A stretch of 59,875 nucleotides of DNA from an uncultured Clostridia bacterium. GTDB taxonomy: Bacteria > Bacillota > Clostridia > Christensenellales > UBA1242. The translations under genes were made by a program, and so were the position numbers. Under the pieces are notes generated by a model, which worked only from the letters and a program-made list of their open reading frames with translations, was not told the DNA's origin and ran no database searches. Shown piece by piece: positions 9,276 to 19,475 of this stretch (within the stretch, counting starts at the first letter, position 1; each line of letters begins with the position of its first letter). The DNA is taken from positions 1 to 59,875 of the forward strand of contig CANRCQ010000001.1 in the NCBI GenBank assembly GCA_947629145.1. The letters run 5' to 3'.

Positions 9276-9878
9276 ATGATTTCATTTTTAATTGGAACTA
9301 TCGAAGAAAAGCACGAAAATACGTGTGTTGTGAATGTCAATGGGGTTGGCTATGAACTTACTATTTCAAACAACACGCTTGTCACACTGCCTATGGAAGG
9401 GGAAACGGCAAAAGTTTTAACATATCTGCAAGTCAGCGAAAACACAGGTGTGTGCTTATATGGATTTGCAACTGAAGAAGAGAAAAATATGTTTTTAAAA
9501 CTCATCACCGTTTCTGGAATAGGGCCTAAGAGTGCAATTTCCGTGCTTTCTGGCGCAAAACTTAGTGAACTTGTGCTTGCAATTGCCACTGGCGACAGCA
9601 GTATTTTGGCAAAAGTGAAAGGGCTTGGAAAAAAAAGTGCAGAGCGAATTTGCTTGGAACTTAAAGACAAGGTTGATGCCGTGGGTGCAACACTTGAAGA
9701 TGTTCCAATCATGAATGCAAATGTAAATGAAAGCGTGTTGAATGATGCTGTTGAAACACTTATCACACTTGGAGTGAACAAAAACGAAGCATACAGATTG
9801 GCAAGAAGCAAGATGACAGACCCATCAATGACGGCGGAAGAAGTTATTTTGAAAGTTTTGAAGGAATATGGAAGATAA
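9276..9878 (+). CDS. ruvA: Holliday junction DNA helicase RuvA
   Basis: 200 aa, MI.FL.G...GVGYEL...VSGIGPKSA. Confidence 0.9.
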   Translation: MISFLIGTIEEKHENTCVVNVNGVGYELTISNNTLVTLPMEGETAKVLTYLQVSENTGVCLYGFATEEEKNMFLKLITVSGIGPKSAISVLSGAKLSELVLAIATGDSSILAKVKGLGKKSAERICLELKDKVDAVGATLEDVPIMNANVNESVLNDAVETLITLGVNKNEAYRLARSKMTDPSMTAEEVILKVLKEYGR

Positions 9879-9880
9879 CA

Positions 9881-9930
9881 ATATATTGTGTAGTATGCAA
9901 TATCAATCATTGCATAATACACCAAATATA
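9881..9930. repeat. palindromic intergenic element, copy 1 (arms 9888-9899 / 9911-9922, 11-nt loop)
   Basis: GTGTAGTATGCA ... TGCATAATACAC flanked by ATAT. It lies between ruvA and ruvB. Confidence 0.85.
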
Positions 9931-9947
9931 GAATAAAGGAAAAGTTT

Positions 9948-10949
9948 ATGGAAGATAGATTTATCACAAGCAGCAAAAACTGGACAGATGCGGAGATTGA
10001 AAATTCATTAAGGCCAACTTCGCTTTCTCAGTATGTTGGACAAGAGAAGATTAAACAAAGTTTAGATATTTATATCAAGGCGGCGAAATCGCGTAAGGAT
10101 GCCCTTGACCATGTTCTTTTATATGGTCCACCGGGACTTGGAAAAACCACACTTGCACATATTATTGCAAATGAACTTGGCAGTCAGTTTAAAGTGACAT
10201 CTGGCCCTGCGATTGAACACGCCGCTGACCTTGCCGCAATACTTACAAATCTTGGAAAAAATGATGTTTTATTCATTGACGAAATTCACAGACTTAACAA
10301 AAGTGTTGAAGAGATTTTATATCCTGCAATGGAAGACTTTGCACTTGATTTTATCGTTGGAAAAGGCCCTTCCGCAAAGAATATGCGACTTAAAATTCAG
10401 CCTTTCACACTTATTGGGGCAACTACAAAAGCAGGTATGCTTACAAGCCCACTCCGTGACCGTTTTGGTGTGATATGCAGACTTGAACTTTATGGTGACA
10501 GTGAACTTCAAGTGATTATTAAACGTTCCGCATCTATTTTAAATATTGACATTGACGAACAAGCAAGTTTGGATATTGCAAAGCGTTCTCGCGGAACTCC
10601 GCGTATTGCAAACCGTCTTTTAAAGCGTGTGCGCGATTATGCCGAAGTTGTTGGAACTGGCAAAATCACAAAGGATATTGCGGACAAAGCGCTTGCTAAA
10701 ATGGAAATTGACGAACTGGGGCTTGACTTTATCGACCGTAAGATTTTGGAAAGCATAATCTACAAGTTTGACGGCGGCCCTGTTGGGCTTGACACACTTT
10801 CTGCCACAATAAGCGAAGATGCAGGAACTATTGAAGATGTGTATGAGCCATATCTTTTGCAACTGGGCTTTGTTGCACGCACTCCGCGTGGGCGTGTGGC
10901 ACTTGAAAATGCCTATAAGCATCTTGGAATTGAATACACACAAAAGTGA
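9948..10949 (+). CDS. ruvB: Holliday junction DNA helicase RuvB
   Basis: Walker [12 protein letters not shown], 333 aa. Confidence 0.95.
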   Translation: MEDRFITSSKNWTDAEIENSLRPTSLSQYVGQEKIKQSLDIYIKAAKSRKDALDHVLLYGPPGLGKTTLAHIIANELGSQFKVTSGPAIEHAADLAAILTNLGKNDVLFIDEIHRLNKSVEEILYPAMEDFALDFIVGKGPSAKNMRLKIQPFTLIGATTKAGMLTSPLRDRFGVICRLELYGDSELQVIIKRSASILNIDIDEQASLDIAKRSRGTPRIANRLLKRVRDYAEVVGTGKITKDIADKALAKMEIDELGLDFIDRKILESIIYKFDGGPVGLDTLSATISEDAGTIEDVYEPYLLQLGFVARTPRGRVALENAYKHLGIEYTQK

Positions 10950-10956
10950 GATTATC

Positions 10957-12000
10957 ATGCAAAGAGAACTTTTAAAATCGACATATTTTTATGACCTTCC
11001 GCAAGAACTTATTGCACAATCGCCATTAGAGCCGCGTGACCATTCAAGGCTTTTGTGCTTTAATAGAAAAAGCGGAAAGGTTTTTCATAAGCATTTTTAT
11101 GATATTCTCGACTTCTTAAAAAGTGGGGATGTGCTTGTGATAAACAACACAAAAGTGCTTCCTGCAAGGCTTTATGGCTTTAAGGAAACAACTGGCGCTA
11201 AGATTGAAGTGCTTTTGCAAAAACGCATCAATCTCACTGAATGGGAAGTTTTGATTAAGCCGGCAAAACGCGTTGATGTTGGCACAAAAATCGTCTTTAA
11301 TCAAAATATAGAATGTGTTGTTGTAGAGAAGGGCGAATATGGCGGCTGCAAAGTTGATTTTTCTTATGACAAGAAAAAGACTTTTGAAGAGCATTTGATG
11401 GAGATTGGCACAATGCCACTCCCACCATATATAAAGGAAAAACTCAAAAATCAAAATCGCTATCAAACTGTGTATGCCAAAGTTGAAGGTTCAAGTGCGG
11501 CGCCAACGGCAGGGCTTCATTTCACACAAGAACTACTTGAAAAAATAAAAGCGAAGGGTGTGGAGATTTGCGAAGTTTTGCTTCATGTGGGGCTTGGAAC
11601 TTTCAGGCCGGTGAAGGAAGACAACATCTTAAATCACGAAATGCACAGCGAATATTTTGAGATTTCAAAGGCGGTGGCTGATAAGATAAACACTGCAAAA
11701 AGCGAAGGCAGGCGAATTATTGCAGTTGGCACAACAACCGTTCGTGTTTTGGAAAGTGGAGTTGACGAAGATGGAAAACTTATTCCGCAAAAACGAGAAA
11801 CAAAGATTTTCATCTATCCGCCATACAAATTTAAAATGGTGGATGCACTTATCACAAACTTCCACCTTCCTGAAAGCACACTTATCATGCTTGTTTCTGC
11901 CTTTGTGGGCGACATCGACAAAACACTTGAACTTTATAAAACGGCAGTGAGTGAAAAATATCGCTTTTTTAGTTTTGGAGACGCTATGTTTATTGAATAA
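10957..12000 (+). CDS. queA: S-adenosylmethionine:tRNA ribosyltransferase-isomerase
   Basis: MQRELLKSTYFYDLPQELIAQSPLEPRDHSRLL... is the canonical QueA start. The ORF-track start at 10819 lies inside ruvB. Confidence 0.9.
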   Translation: MQRELLKSTYFYDLPQELIAQSPLEPRDHSRLLCFNRKSGKVFHKHFYDILDFLKSGDVLVINNTKVLPARLYGFKETTGAKIEVLLQKRINLTEWEVLIKPAKRVDVGTKIVFNQNIECVVVEKGEYGGCKVDFSYDKKKTFEEHLMEIGTMPLPPYIKEKLKNQNRYQTVYAKVEGSSAAPTAGLHFTQELLEKIKAKGVEICEVLLHVGLGTFRPVKEDNILNHEMHSEYFEISKAVADKINTAKSEGRRIIAVGTTTVRVLESGVDEDGKLIPQKRETKIFIYPPYKFKMVDALITNFHLPESTLIMLVSAFVGDIDKTLELYKTAVSEKYRFFSFGDAMFIE

Positions 12001-12010
12001 TTGTTGTTTT

Positions 12011-12044
12011 CGACATTCTTAGACATTATTAGACGATATTAGAT
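12011..12044. repeat. three tandem 10-bp direct repeats (ATTnTTAGAC)
   Basis: ATTCTTAGAC / ATTATTAGAC / GATATTAGAT, helically phased, about 22 bp upstream of the tig -35 box. Confidence 0.7.
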
Positions 12045-12065
12045 GTAAAATCATGTCATTTTTTG

Positions 12066-12094
12066 TTGCATTTTGCTGGTTGATATGGTAAAAT
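12066..12094 (+). promoter_or_regulatory. tig promoter
   Basis: TTGCAT (12066-12071), 17 nt spacer, TGgTAAAAT extended -10 (12086-12094). Confidence 0.6.
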
Positions 12095-12127
12095 GCTTAA
12101 AGATTTTTTGAACTTGGAGGTAAAATT

Positions 12128-13408
12128 ATGTTTAAAATTGAAAAAAAATCAAGAAACCTTTTGGAGATTACAATTTCTCTCAATCAAGATGAATGGAATG
12201 CTTGCTTGGAAAAGGTCTATGAAAAGCAAAAGGACAAATTTAATGTAATGGGCTTTAGAAAGGGTCATGCACCAAGAAAGGTTATCGAACAAACTTATGG
12301 AGAAGGCATTTTCTTTGATGATGCTATTGACGAAGCAATTGGACAAAACATGAGTGTTGTTCTTGACCAAAATCCAAACTGCGAACCTGTTTCTCAGCCA
12401 GAAATGCACCTGGAGAGCATTTCAAAAGATGGAATTACACTTAAAATTTCATATGAGATTATTCCAGATTTTGAAGTTGGAAAACATGAAGGGCTTGAAA
12501 TTTATGTTCATGACTTTGATGTTACTGATGGCGAAGTTGATGCTGACATTGAATATGCCCTTGAAGAACACGCACAGTTTGTTGAAGTTGACAGACCTGC
12601 ACAAAACGGCGATGTGCTTTTGATTGATTTTATGGGCTTTATGGATGGCGTTCAGTTTGAAGGGGGAACTGCGGAAAATTATTCACTTCAAATTGGAAAA
12701 CATCAGTTTGTTGACAACTTTGAAGAACAACTTATTGGCGCAAAAGCAGGAGATAAGGTTGAAGTTGTTGTAAACTTCCCTGAAGCATACTTTAAAAAGG
12801 ATATGGCTGGAAAGAAAGCTTCTTTTGATGTGACTGTTAAAAAGGTTAGAGAAAAGCATCTTCCAACACTTGATGACAAATTTGTTGCTGATACGACAGA
12901 ATTTGAAACACTTGAAGAGTATAGAAAAGCCACAAAAGAGCATATTGAAACTATGAAATACAACGACCAGGAAATTGAATATGAACTTGAACTTATGACT
13001 GCAATTATCAAAAATTCAAATATTGAAGTTCCAAAGGACTACGAGCAATTTGTGGAGCAAGATGCAGTTGAACAAATTGATAAGATGGCTTCTTCTTACA
13101 GAGTTGACAAAGAATTTATCGCAAAAATGAATGGCTTCCAAACTCTGCCAGAATTCACTGAATACATGAAGAAAAGGGCTGTTAGGGGAATTCGCTCAAA
13201 GTGCATTATAAACAAACTTATAAAAGAATATCAAGTTAAAGTTCCAGAAGATGAGTTTAAGAAAAAAACAGAATACTTATATAAAGAAAACGATATAAGA
13301 GAAATCGAAAACAAACTTTTGCGTGAAGAAGTTATGAAAATCTTAAAGGCAAAAAACAAGAAAGTTCCTGTAAGTGATGAAGAGTTTGATAAGAAAAAGG
13401 AGATGTAA
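12128..13408 (+). CDS. tig: trigger factor
   Basis: 426 aa with a GFRKGHAPRKV ribosome-binding signature and an FKBP-like middle domain. Confidence 0.95.
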   Translation: MFKIEKKSRNLLEITISLNQDEWNACLEKVYEKQKDKFNVMGFRKGHAPRKVIEQTYGEGIFFDDAIDEAIGQNMSVVLDQNPNCEPVSQPEMHLESISKDGITLKISYEIIPDFEVGKHEGLEIYVHDFDVTDGEVDADIEYALEEHAQFVEVDRPAQNGDVLLIDFMGFMDGVQFEGGTAENYSLQIGKHQFVDNFEEQLIGAKAGDKVEVVVNFPEAYFKKDMAGKKASFDVTVKKVREKHLPTLDDKFVADTTEFETLEEYRKATKEHIETMKYNDQEIEYELELMTAIIKNSNIEVPKDYEQFVEQDAVEQIDKMASSYRVDKEFIAKMNGFQTLPEFTEYMKKRAVRGIRSKCIINKLIKEYQVKVPEDEFKKKTEYLYKENDIREIENKLLREEVMKILKAKNKKVPVSDEEFDKKKEM

Positions 13409-13411
13409 ACT

Positions 13412-14011
13412 ATGTTAATTCCTATGGTGGTTGACCAAACAGGCGCAAATGAAAGGTCTTATGACATTTATTCAAGGCTTTTGGAAGACAGAATTGTGTT
13501 TTTGACAGGCGAAATCAACGATGCATCGGCAAATGTTGTCATTGCACAACTTATCTATCTTGAAGGAAAAAATCCAGATAAGGACATTTATCTTTATATC
13601 AACAGTCCTGGTGGGTCGGTGAGCGCTGGCATTGCCATCTACGACACAATGAACTATATTAAATGCGATGTTTCAACAATCTGCATTGGGCTTGCTGCGT
13701 CTATGGGGGCATTTTTGCTTTCAAGCGGAACGAAGGGAAAACGCTTTGCACTTCCAAACAGTGAAATTATGATTCACCAGCCACTTGGCGGCGCACAAGG
13801 TCAGGCAAGTGACATTGCAATTCAGGCTGAGCATATGAAAAAGACAAAAGAGATGCTCAACAGAATTTTAAGTGAAAACACTGGAAAAAGTTTAAAGGAC
13901 ATTGAAAAAGACACCGACCGCGACAACTACATGACGGCAAAAGAAGCAAAGGAATATGGTCTTATTGACAATATCTTTGTGACAAGAAAAAATAAAAAGA
14001 ACAAGGAGTAA
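13412..14011 (+). CDS. clpP: ATP-dependent Clp protease proteolytic subunit
   Basis: [11 protein letters not shown]...[11 protein letters not shown]...HQPLGG. Confidence 0.95.
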   Translation: MLIPMVVDQTGANERSYDIYSRLLEDRIVFLTGEINDASANVVIAQLIYLEGKNPDKDIYLYINSPGGSVSAGIAIYDTMNYIKCDVSTICIGLAASMGAFLLSSGTKGKRFALPNSEIMIHQPLGGAQGQASDIAIQAEHMKKTKEMLNRILSENTGKSLKDIEKDTDRDNYMTAKEAKEYGLIDNIFVTRKNKKNKE

Positions 14012-14013
14012 AA

Positions 14014-15285
14014 ATGAGAGACATCGACATTTGCACTTGCACATTTTGTGGAAAACAGCAAAGGGAAGTAAAGAAACTTATTGCAAGCCCAAACGGCGAT
14101 GCATTTATTTGTGATGACTGCGTGCGAATTTGTGCCGATATTATAAAGGAAGAAAGCACAAAAGTTAAGGTGTTTAAAGACTTGGTTTTGCCATCGCCAA
14201 AAGACATTAAAAAAAGCTTGGACAACTATGTAATTGGACAAGAACAGGCGAAAAAAGTGCTTTCTGTGGCAGTGTTTAATCACTACAAGCGCATCAACTA
14301 CAACGAACACAACAAAACAAAAAAGAAAGACCAAATCTCACTGGAACTTGAAAAAAGCAATGTTCTTATGATTGGGCCAACAGGCTCTGGGAAAACGCTT
14401 TTAGTCAGGACCTTGGCAAAGATTTTGGATGTGCCTTTTGCGTGCGCAGATGCCACAACACTCACAGAAGCAGGCTATGTTGGAGAAGATGTTGAGAATG
14501 TGCTTTTGAAACTTATTCAAAATTCAGACTATGACATAGCAAGGGCGCAACGCGGAATTATCTACATTGACGAAATCGACAAAATTGCAAGAAAGAGCGA
14601 AAACAGGTCACTTACAAGAGATGTTGGTGGCGAAGGGGTTCAGCAGGCGCTTTTGAAGATTATTGAAAGCACTATTGCAAGTGTTCCACCACAAGGCGGA
14701 AGAAAACATCCACATCAAGAGATGCTTCAAATTGACACAACAAACATTTTGTTTATTTGTGGTGGGGCTTTTGTGGGTTTGGATGATATTATAAACAAAC
14801 GTCTTTCAACTGCATCACTTGGCTTTAACGCAAATATCAAAAACACGGCGGAAAAGGCGAAGATAGATTATTCAAAGGATGTTCAGCCAGATGACTTAAT
14901 CAAATTTGGGCTTATTCCAGAATTTGTTGGGCGACTTCCAATAATCACTGGACTTGATGACCTTGACGACAAGGCACTCAGCAGAATTTTGATTGAACCT
15001 AAAAACTCACTTATTAAGCAATATCAACAGATGTTTAAGATTGATGGTTTTGATATTGAATTTAACGAAGATGCCATATCATATATCTCTAAAAAAGCCA
15101 TTGAACTTAAAACAGGGGCGCGTGGAATAAGAACTATTATGGAAACAAAGATGCTAGAACTTATGTTTGACCTTCCAGACCCAAAAATCTATGGAAAAAT
15201 CATTATCACGCGTGACTTCATTGAAAATGGGGCGGCTCCAATTTTGATAAAGCGAGAAGACGCACAAACACAAAATATTGCGTAG
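14014..15285 (+). CDS. clpX: ATP-dependent Clp protease ATP-binding subunit ClpX
   Basis: N-terminal zinc finger C..CGK...C..C and Walker A GPTGSGKT. Confidence 0.95.
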   Translation: MRDIDICTCTFCGKQQREVKKLIASPNGDAFICDDCVRICADIIKEESTKVKVFKDLVLPSPKDIKKSLDNYVIGQEQAKKVLSVAVFNHYKRINYNEHNKTKKKDQISLELEKSNVLMIGPTGSGKTLLVRTLAKILDVPFACADATTLTEAGYVGEDVENVLLKLIQNSDYDIARAQRGIIYIDEIDKIARKSENRSLTRDVGGEGVQQALLKIIESTIASVPPQGGRKHPHQEMLQIDTTNILFICGGAFVGLDDIINKRLSTASLGFNANIKNTAEKAKIDYSKDVQPDDLIKFGLIPEFVGRLPIITGLDDLDDKALSRILIEPKNSLIKQYQQMFKIDGFDIEFNEDAISYISKKAIELKTGARGIRTIMETKMLELMFDLPDPKIYGKIIITRDFIENGAAPILIKREDAQTQNIA

Positions 15286-15312
15286 TATGCATTGCATAAT
15301 ACACCACATATT
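15275..15312. repeat. palindromic intergenic element, copy 2 (overlaps the clpX stop codon)
   Basis: GCGTAGTATGCA-t-TGCATAATACAC (15280-15304). The clpX TAG is part of the left arm. Confidence 0.85.
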
Positions 15313-15363
15313 CTGTTGTCGTTTTTTCGACAAAATATAAAACAAAAATATATATAAATTTGT

Positions 15364-15392
15364 TTGACAAATCTTTTAAAAAAGGGTAAACT
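15364..15392 (+). promoter_or_regulatory. rny promoter
   Basis: TTGACA (15364-15369), 17 nt spacer, TAAACT (15387-15392). Confidence 0.5.
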
Positions 15393-15465
15393 AGATTTCG
15401 TAAGTTTGGTTTGCCTTTTATTTTTCGTCATATTGGCAATAAAAACTTTAATTAAAAGGGGTATT

Positions 15466-17061
15466 ATGGTGGAAATGTTATTAGATGTTTCCCCTGCTAT
15501 CGTGTCGGTGATTTCTGTTGTGCTTTTTATTGTTGGGCTTGCACTTGGATTTGTAATTGGCTTTGTTATCTATAAAGTTTACAGCAGTAAAAAACTTCAA
15601 AAAAATAAATCAAATGCTTTGAAAATTATCGAAGACGCGTATGCAGAGGCGAAAGCGATTAAAAAAGAAGCGGTTATTGAAAGTAAAGAACAAACTCAAA
15701 AACTTAAAGATTCTGTTGAACAAGAAGTCAAAGAACGCCGTTTGGAAGTTGTTAAACTTGAAGAGCGCTTAAATCAAAGAGAAGAATACATTGAAAAGAA
15801 AGAACAGGCTGTTGACAAAAAGACAGAACAGCTCGATGAAGAAAAGGCTAAGTTACAAGACGAAAAATTGAAAATTGATGCCTTGAAAGAAGAAGAAGAG
15901 AAGATTAAATCTCAAATCTTGGATGAACTTGAAAAAGTTGCAAAACTTTCAAAACAAGAAGCAAAAGATATGCTTATCTCTTCAATGAGAAATGATGCGC
16001 AAAAAGAAGCCGCAGTCATTGTTAAACAAATTGAAGATGAAGCAAAGGAAAATGGAGAAAAGAAAGCGCGCGAAATTATTGGACAGGCGCTTCAACGCTG
16101 TGCAACTGACACAACAAGTGAAATGACGGTGTCGGTGGTTTCTCTTCCTAATGACGAAATGAAAGGAAGAATTATTGGGCGTGAAGGCAGAAATATTCGT
16201 GCGATTGAAGCGGTTACTGGGGTTGAACTTATTGTTGACGACACACCTGAAACAATCACTGTTTCGGGCTTTGACCCAATTCGCAGAGAAGTTGCAAGGC
16301 TTTCTCTTGAAAAGCTGATTGCAGACGGAAGAATTCATCCAACTCGCATTGAAGAAATTGTTGAAAAAATGCAGAAAGAAGTTGACAAGATGATAAAGCA
16401 GGCTGGCGAAGATGCTTGCAACGAAGCAGGAATTTTCAACTTAAATCCAGAACTTGTAAAGGTTTTGGGAAGGCTTAAATACAGAACAAGTTATGGGCAA
16501 AATGTTTTGAAACACTCTATTGAATGTTCTATTATTGCAGGGCTTTTGGCAAGTGAAATTGGCGCTAATGTGAAGATTGCAAAACGCGGCGGACTTTTAC
16601 ATGATATTGGCAAGGCTCTTGACCACGAAATAGAAGGAACTCATGTTCAAATTGGCGTTGATTTAGCAAAGAAATATGGCGAAAGCGAAGCGGTTGTTCA
16701 CTGCATTGAAGCACACCACTTTAATGTTGAATTTAAGTCAATCGAAGCGGTTATTGTGCAGGTTGCGGATGCTATTTCAAGTTCTAGACCTGGTGCAAGA
16801 CGCGACAGTTTTGAAAACTATATCAAACGTCTGCAACAACTTGAAGAAATTGCAAACGGCTTTGAAGGAGTTGACAAATCTTTTGCTGTTCAAGCCGGCA
16901 GAGAAGTTAGAATTATTGTTAAGCCAGAACAAATATCTGATGCACAAGCAATGTTTATGGCAAAGGAAATTGCTGCTAAGATTGAAAATGAAATGCAGTA
17001 TCCTGGACAAATTAAAGTTAATGTCATTCGTGAAAGCAGATACACAGAAACTGCAAAATAA
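15466..17061 (+). CDS. rny: ribonuclease Y
   Basis: N-terminal TM helix, long coiled coil, KH domain (GRIIGREGRNIR) and HD domain (LLHDIGKA). ATG 15466 follows a GGGG RBS. Confidence 0.95.
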   Translation: MVEMLLDVSPAIVSVISVVLFIVGLALGFVIGFVIYKVYSSKKLQKNKSNALKIIEDAYAEAKAIKKEAVIESKEQTQKLKDSVEQEVKERRLEVVKLEERLNQREEYIEKKEQAVDKKTEQLDEEKAKLQDEKLKIDALKEEEEKIKSQILDELEKVAKLSKQEAKDMLISSMRNDAQKEAAVIVKQIEDEAKENGEKKAREIIGQALQRCATDTTSEMTVSVVSLPNDEMKGRIIGREGRNIRAIEAVTGVELIVDDTPETITVSGFDPIRREVARLSLEKLIADGRIHPTRIEEIVEKMQKEVDKMIKQAGEDACNEAGIFNLNPELVKVLGRLKYRTSYGQNVLKHSIECSIIAGLLASEIGANVKIAKRGGLLHDIGKALDHEIEGTHVQIGVDLAKKYGESEAVVHCIEAHHFNVEFKSIEAVIVQVADAISSSRPGARRDSFENYIKRLQQLEEIANGFEGVDKSFAVQAGREVRIIVKPEQISDAQAMFMAKEIAAKIENEMQYPGQIKVNVIRESRYTETAK

Positions 17062-17120
17062 TTTTGTTATGTTTTGACGAACTTCCGTCAACAAACATAT
17101 AAATTAAAAGGAGTTATTTT

Positions 17121-17450
17121 ATGGCAGAAGAAAAGAAAACTGAAAAGCCCAAAAAACAGCCAAGAACTTGGTCTTCAACAAAGATTCTGGATTGTCTTTC
17201 TTACTTTGCAATCATCTTTATTGCACTTGCACTTATTTTGAAACTTATCTTCAAAACAAACAGCCCTGAAGTTGCAAACGCATTCCAGGCTGTTGGCGAA
17301 TGTTTGGCTTATATCATAATCATTTGGCTTGGGCTTTATTGGACACTTCGCAAACGTGCAGGCGGCTGGAACAAGCGCAACATCTGGTGGCTTGTGGGCT
17401 GGCTTGTTGCAACAATCGTGATTGTGATTATCTATATCTTCGCATATTAA
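17121..17450 (+). CDS. small membrane protein (3 predicted TM helices)
   Basis: 109 aa, strong SD AAGGAG, hydrophobic segments. No family recognised. Confidence 0.55.
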   Translation: MAEEKKTEKPKKQPRTWSSTKILDCLSYFAIIFIALALILKLIFKTNSPEVANAFQAVGECLAYIIIIWLGLYWTLRKRAGGWNKRNIWWLVGWLVATIVIVIIYIFAY

Positions 17451-17462
17451 AAGGAATTGTTT

Positions 17463-17840
17463 GTGAATAAACTTCCATACTTCATAACTGGCGGTGCCGT
17501 CATTTTGGCGGCACTATTTGCCATCTTAAACAGATTTTGGACAGGCTTTGTTTATTTTGTTTTGGCAAGCCTGCTTGTTTTATCTCTGTTTTGGGGAGTG
17601 TGGCTTATTTACAAATATTTCACAGATTTTAAAGAAGAACTTAAAGACAGATTTGTCCTTTACAAAGCAAACAAAGTTAACACCACAAATACAACAACTG
17701 ACATGATTACTGCAAATGAAGCGGCATATGAAAAACAGTTTAACAAAAGTGTTTTAAAGGACAAAATTATCAAGTGGTTTATCATTTTATTTTGTTTTTC
17801 CGTTGCGGCTATGTTCTTGATTGGAATGATTTTATATTAA
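17463..17840 (+). CDS. small membrane protein
   Basis: About 125 aa with 2 N-terminal and 1 C-terminal hydrophobic helices. The start is uncertain (GTG 17463 fits the RBS AAGGA better than TTG 17457). Confidence 0.5.
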   Translation: MNKLPYFITGGAVILAALFAILNRFWTGFVYFVLASLLVLSLFWGVWLIYKYFTDFKEELKDRFVLYKANKVNTTNTTTDMITANEAAYEKQFNKSVLKDKIIKWFIILFCFSVAAMFLIGMILY

Positions 17841-17867
17841 ACAAGTCAAATTTGACTTGTTTTTTTA
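17840..17867 (+). terminator. intrinsic terminator
   Basis: AACAAGTCAAA/TTTGACTTGTT perfect 11-bp palindrome followed by TTTTTT. Confidence 0.8.
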
Positions 17868-17884
17868 TAAATCGTTTTGAAATC

Positions 17885-17913
17885 TTGAAGAAATTTGTTA
17901 TACTTAGTATAAT
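17885..17913 (+). promoter_or_regulatory. comM promoter
   Basis: TTGAAG (17885-17890), 17 nt spacer, TATAAT (17908-17913). Confidence 0.6.
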
Positions 17914-17929
17914 TGCAAAAGGAGAGAAA

Positions 17930-19465
17930 ATGTTATCTAAGGTTTTAAGTTATGGTTTACTTGGGATAGATGGCTTTAAGGTTGATATTGAAACGGACAT
18001 TGTTGGCGGCCTTCCAAAGTTTGATGTGGTTGGGCTTGGCGATACATCTGTTAAGGAAGCAAAGGAAAGGGTGAAGTCTGCGATTGCAAATTCCGGCTTT
18101 GAATATCCAGTGAAGCACATCACAATAAATCTTGCACCTGCGGATGTGAAAAAAGAAGGCCCACTTTTTGATTTGGGCATTGCGGTTGGGGTTCTTGCAG
18201 CAACAAAACAAATCACAAAATCTACATATAAAGACTATGTCTTTTTAGGGGAACTTTCGCTTGATGGCAGTGTGAAAATGGTTAAAGGGGTTTTGCCAAT
18301 TTTAATCAGTGCATCCACGGAAGGACACAAGAAGTTTGTCATTCCAAATGCAAACAAGGAAGAAGCCAAATTTATTGACGGATTGGAAATTTACACAGTT
18401 GAAAACCTACGCGAAACGGTTGAGTTTTTAAACTTTGAGAAAGTTTTAGAGCCGCTTAAAACAACCACTTTCGAAGAAGTTGCAAAGGCGAATGTAAACA
18501 AACTTGATTTTGAAAATGTAAAGGGGCAAAAGGCAGCAAAACGTGCGCTTGAAATCGCCGCTGCTGGCGGACACAATGTGCTTATGATTGGCCCACCAGG
18601 AAGTGGAAAGAGTATGCTTGCAAAGTGCTTTTCAGGAATACTTCCTAATCTCACTTTTGAAGAAGCGCTTGAAGTGACAAAAATTCATTCTGTTGCTGGA
18701 GAACTTGACCTTAAAAAAGGCATTATCACGCAAAGGCCGTTTAGAACTCCGCATCACACCGCAACGGCAATCAGCCTTACTGGTGGTGGGCTTCACAGCA
18801 AGCCTGGGGAGATAAGTTTGGCGCATAATGGAGTGCTTTACTTGGACGAATTTCCAGAATATTCTCGCCATCTTATTGAAACACTGCGTCAGCCGCTTGA
18901 AGATGGCTTTATCACGGTTGCAAGGGCTTTGCAGACCGTCACTTATCCATCCAATTTCACACTTATTGCAAGCATGAACCCATGTCCTTGCGGAAATTAT
19001 GGTTCAAAGGACAGAGAGTGTAAGTGTTCGCCAGTTCAAATTCACAAATATTTATCAAAGATTTCTGGGCCAATTATGGACAGAATTGATATTCAAGTGG
19101 AGTGCGACAATGTCACTTATAAACAACTTAACAATGACGAAAAAGAAGAAAGTTCAAGTGAGATAAAAAAGCGTGTTGACAAGGCACGCGAAATTCAACT
19201 TGAACGCTTTAAAGGCACAACAAATTATTGCAATGCCAAAATGAGCGTGCCAGTTATGAAGAAGTTTTGCAAACTTTCGCCGGAGTGCCAAACACTTATG
19301 GAAAGTGCATTCAACAATCTTAAACTTTCCGCGCGCGCTCATGACCGAATTTTGAAAGTTGCAAGAACAATTGCCGACCTGGAAGGAAGCGAAGATATAA
19401 AGCCTCAACACATTGCCGAAGCAATATCTTACAGGGGACTTGACAGAAAATATTGGTCTATTTAA
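17930..19465 (+). CDS. comM: YifB/ComM-family Mg-chelatase-like ATPase
   Basis: MLSKVLSYGLLGIDGFKVDIE... start, Walker A GPPGSGKS, and a C-terminal KVARTIADLEG. Confidence 0.9.
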   Translation: MLSKVLSYGLLGIDGFKVDIETDIVGGLPKFDVVGLGDTSVKEAKERVKSAIANSGFEYPVKHITINLAPADVKKEGPLFDLGIAVGVLAATKQITKSTYKDYVFLGELSLDGSVKMVKGVLPILISASTEGHKKFVIPNANKEEAKFIDGLEIYTVENLRETVEFLNFEKVLEPLKTTTFEEVAKANVNKLDFENVKGQKAAKRALEIAAAGGHNVLMIGPPGSGKSMLAKCFSGILPNLTFEEALEVTKIHSVAGELDLKKGIITQRPFRTPHHTATAISLTGGGLHSKPGEISLAHNGVLYLDEFPEYSRHLIETLRQPLEDGFITVARALQTVTYPSNFTLIASMNPCPCGNYGSKDRECKCSPVQIHKYLSKISGPIMDRIDIQVECDNVTYKQLNNDEKEESSSEIKKRVDKAREIQLERFKGTTNYCNAKMSVPVMKKFCKLSPECQTLMESAFNNLKLSARAHDRILKVARTIADLEGSEDIKPQHIAEAISYRGLDRKYWSI

Positions 19466-19475
19466 GGAGTTTAAT

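Noticed and set aside
9350-9976. Long antisense ORFs opposite well-supported genes. Examples are 9350-9976 (-), 7278-7892 (-), 19154-19696 (-), 49833-50381 (+), 53472-54071 (+) and 57784-58455 (+).
   Set aside because: Each lies wholly inside a gene with clear family motifs on the other strand. They have Ser/Phe/Leu-rich low-complexity translations and no RBS. They are shadow ORFs typical of AT-rich, purine-skewed coding strands.
17074-17091. Short hairpins TTGACG-N6-CGTCAA (after rny) and TTGTCG-N6-CGACAA (15316-15333, after clpX) as terminators.
   Set aside because: The stems are only 6 bp and no U tract follows. That is too weak to call, although they may assist the adjacent elements.
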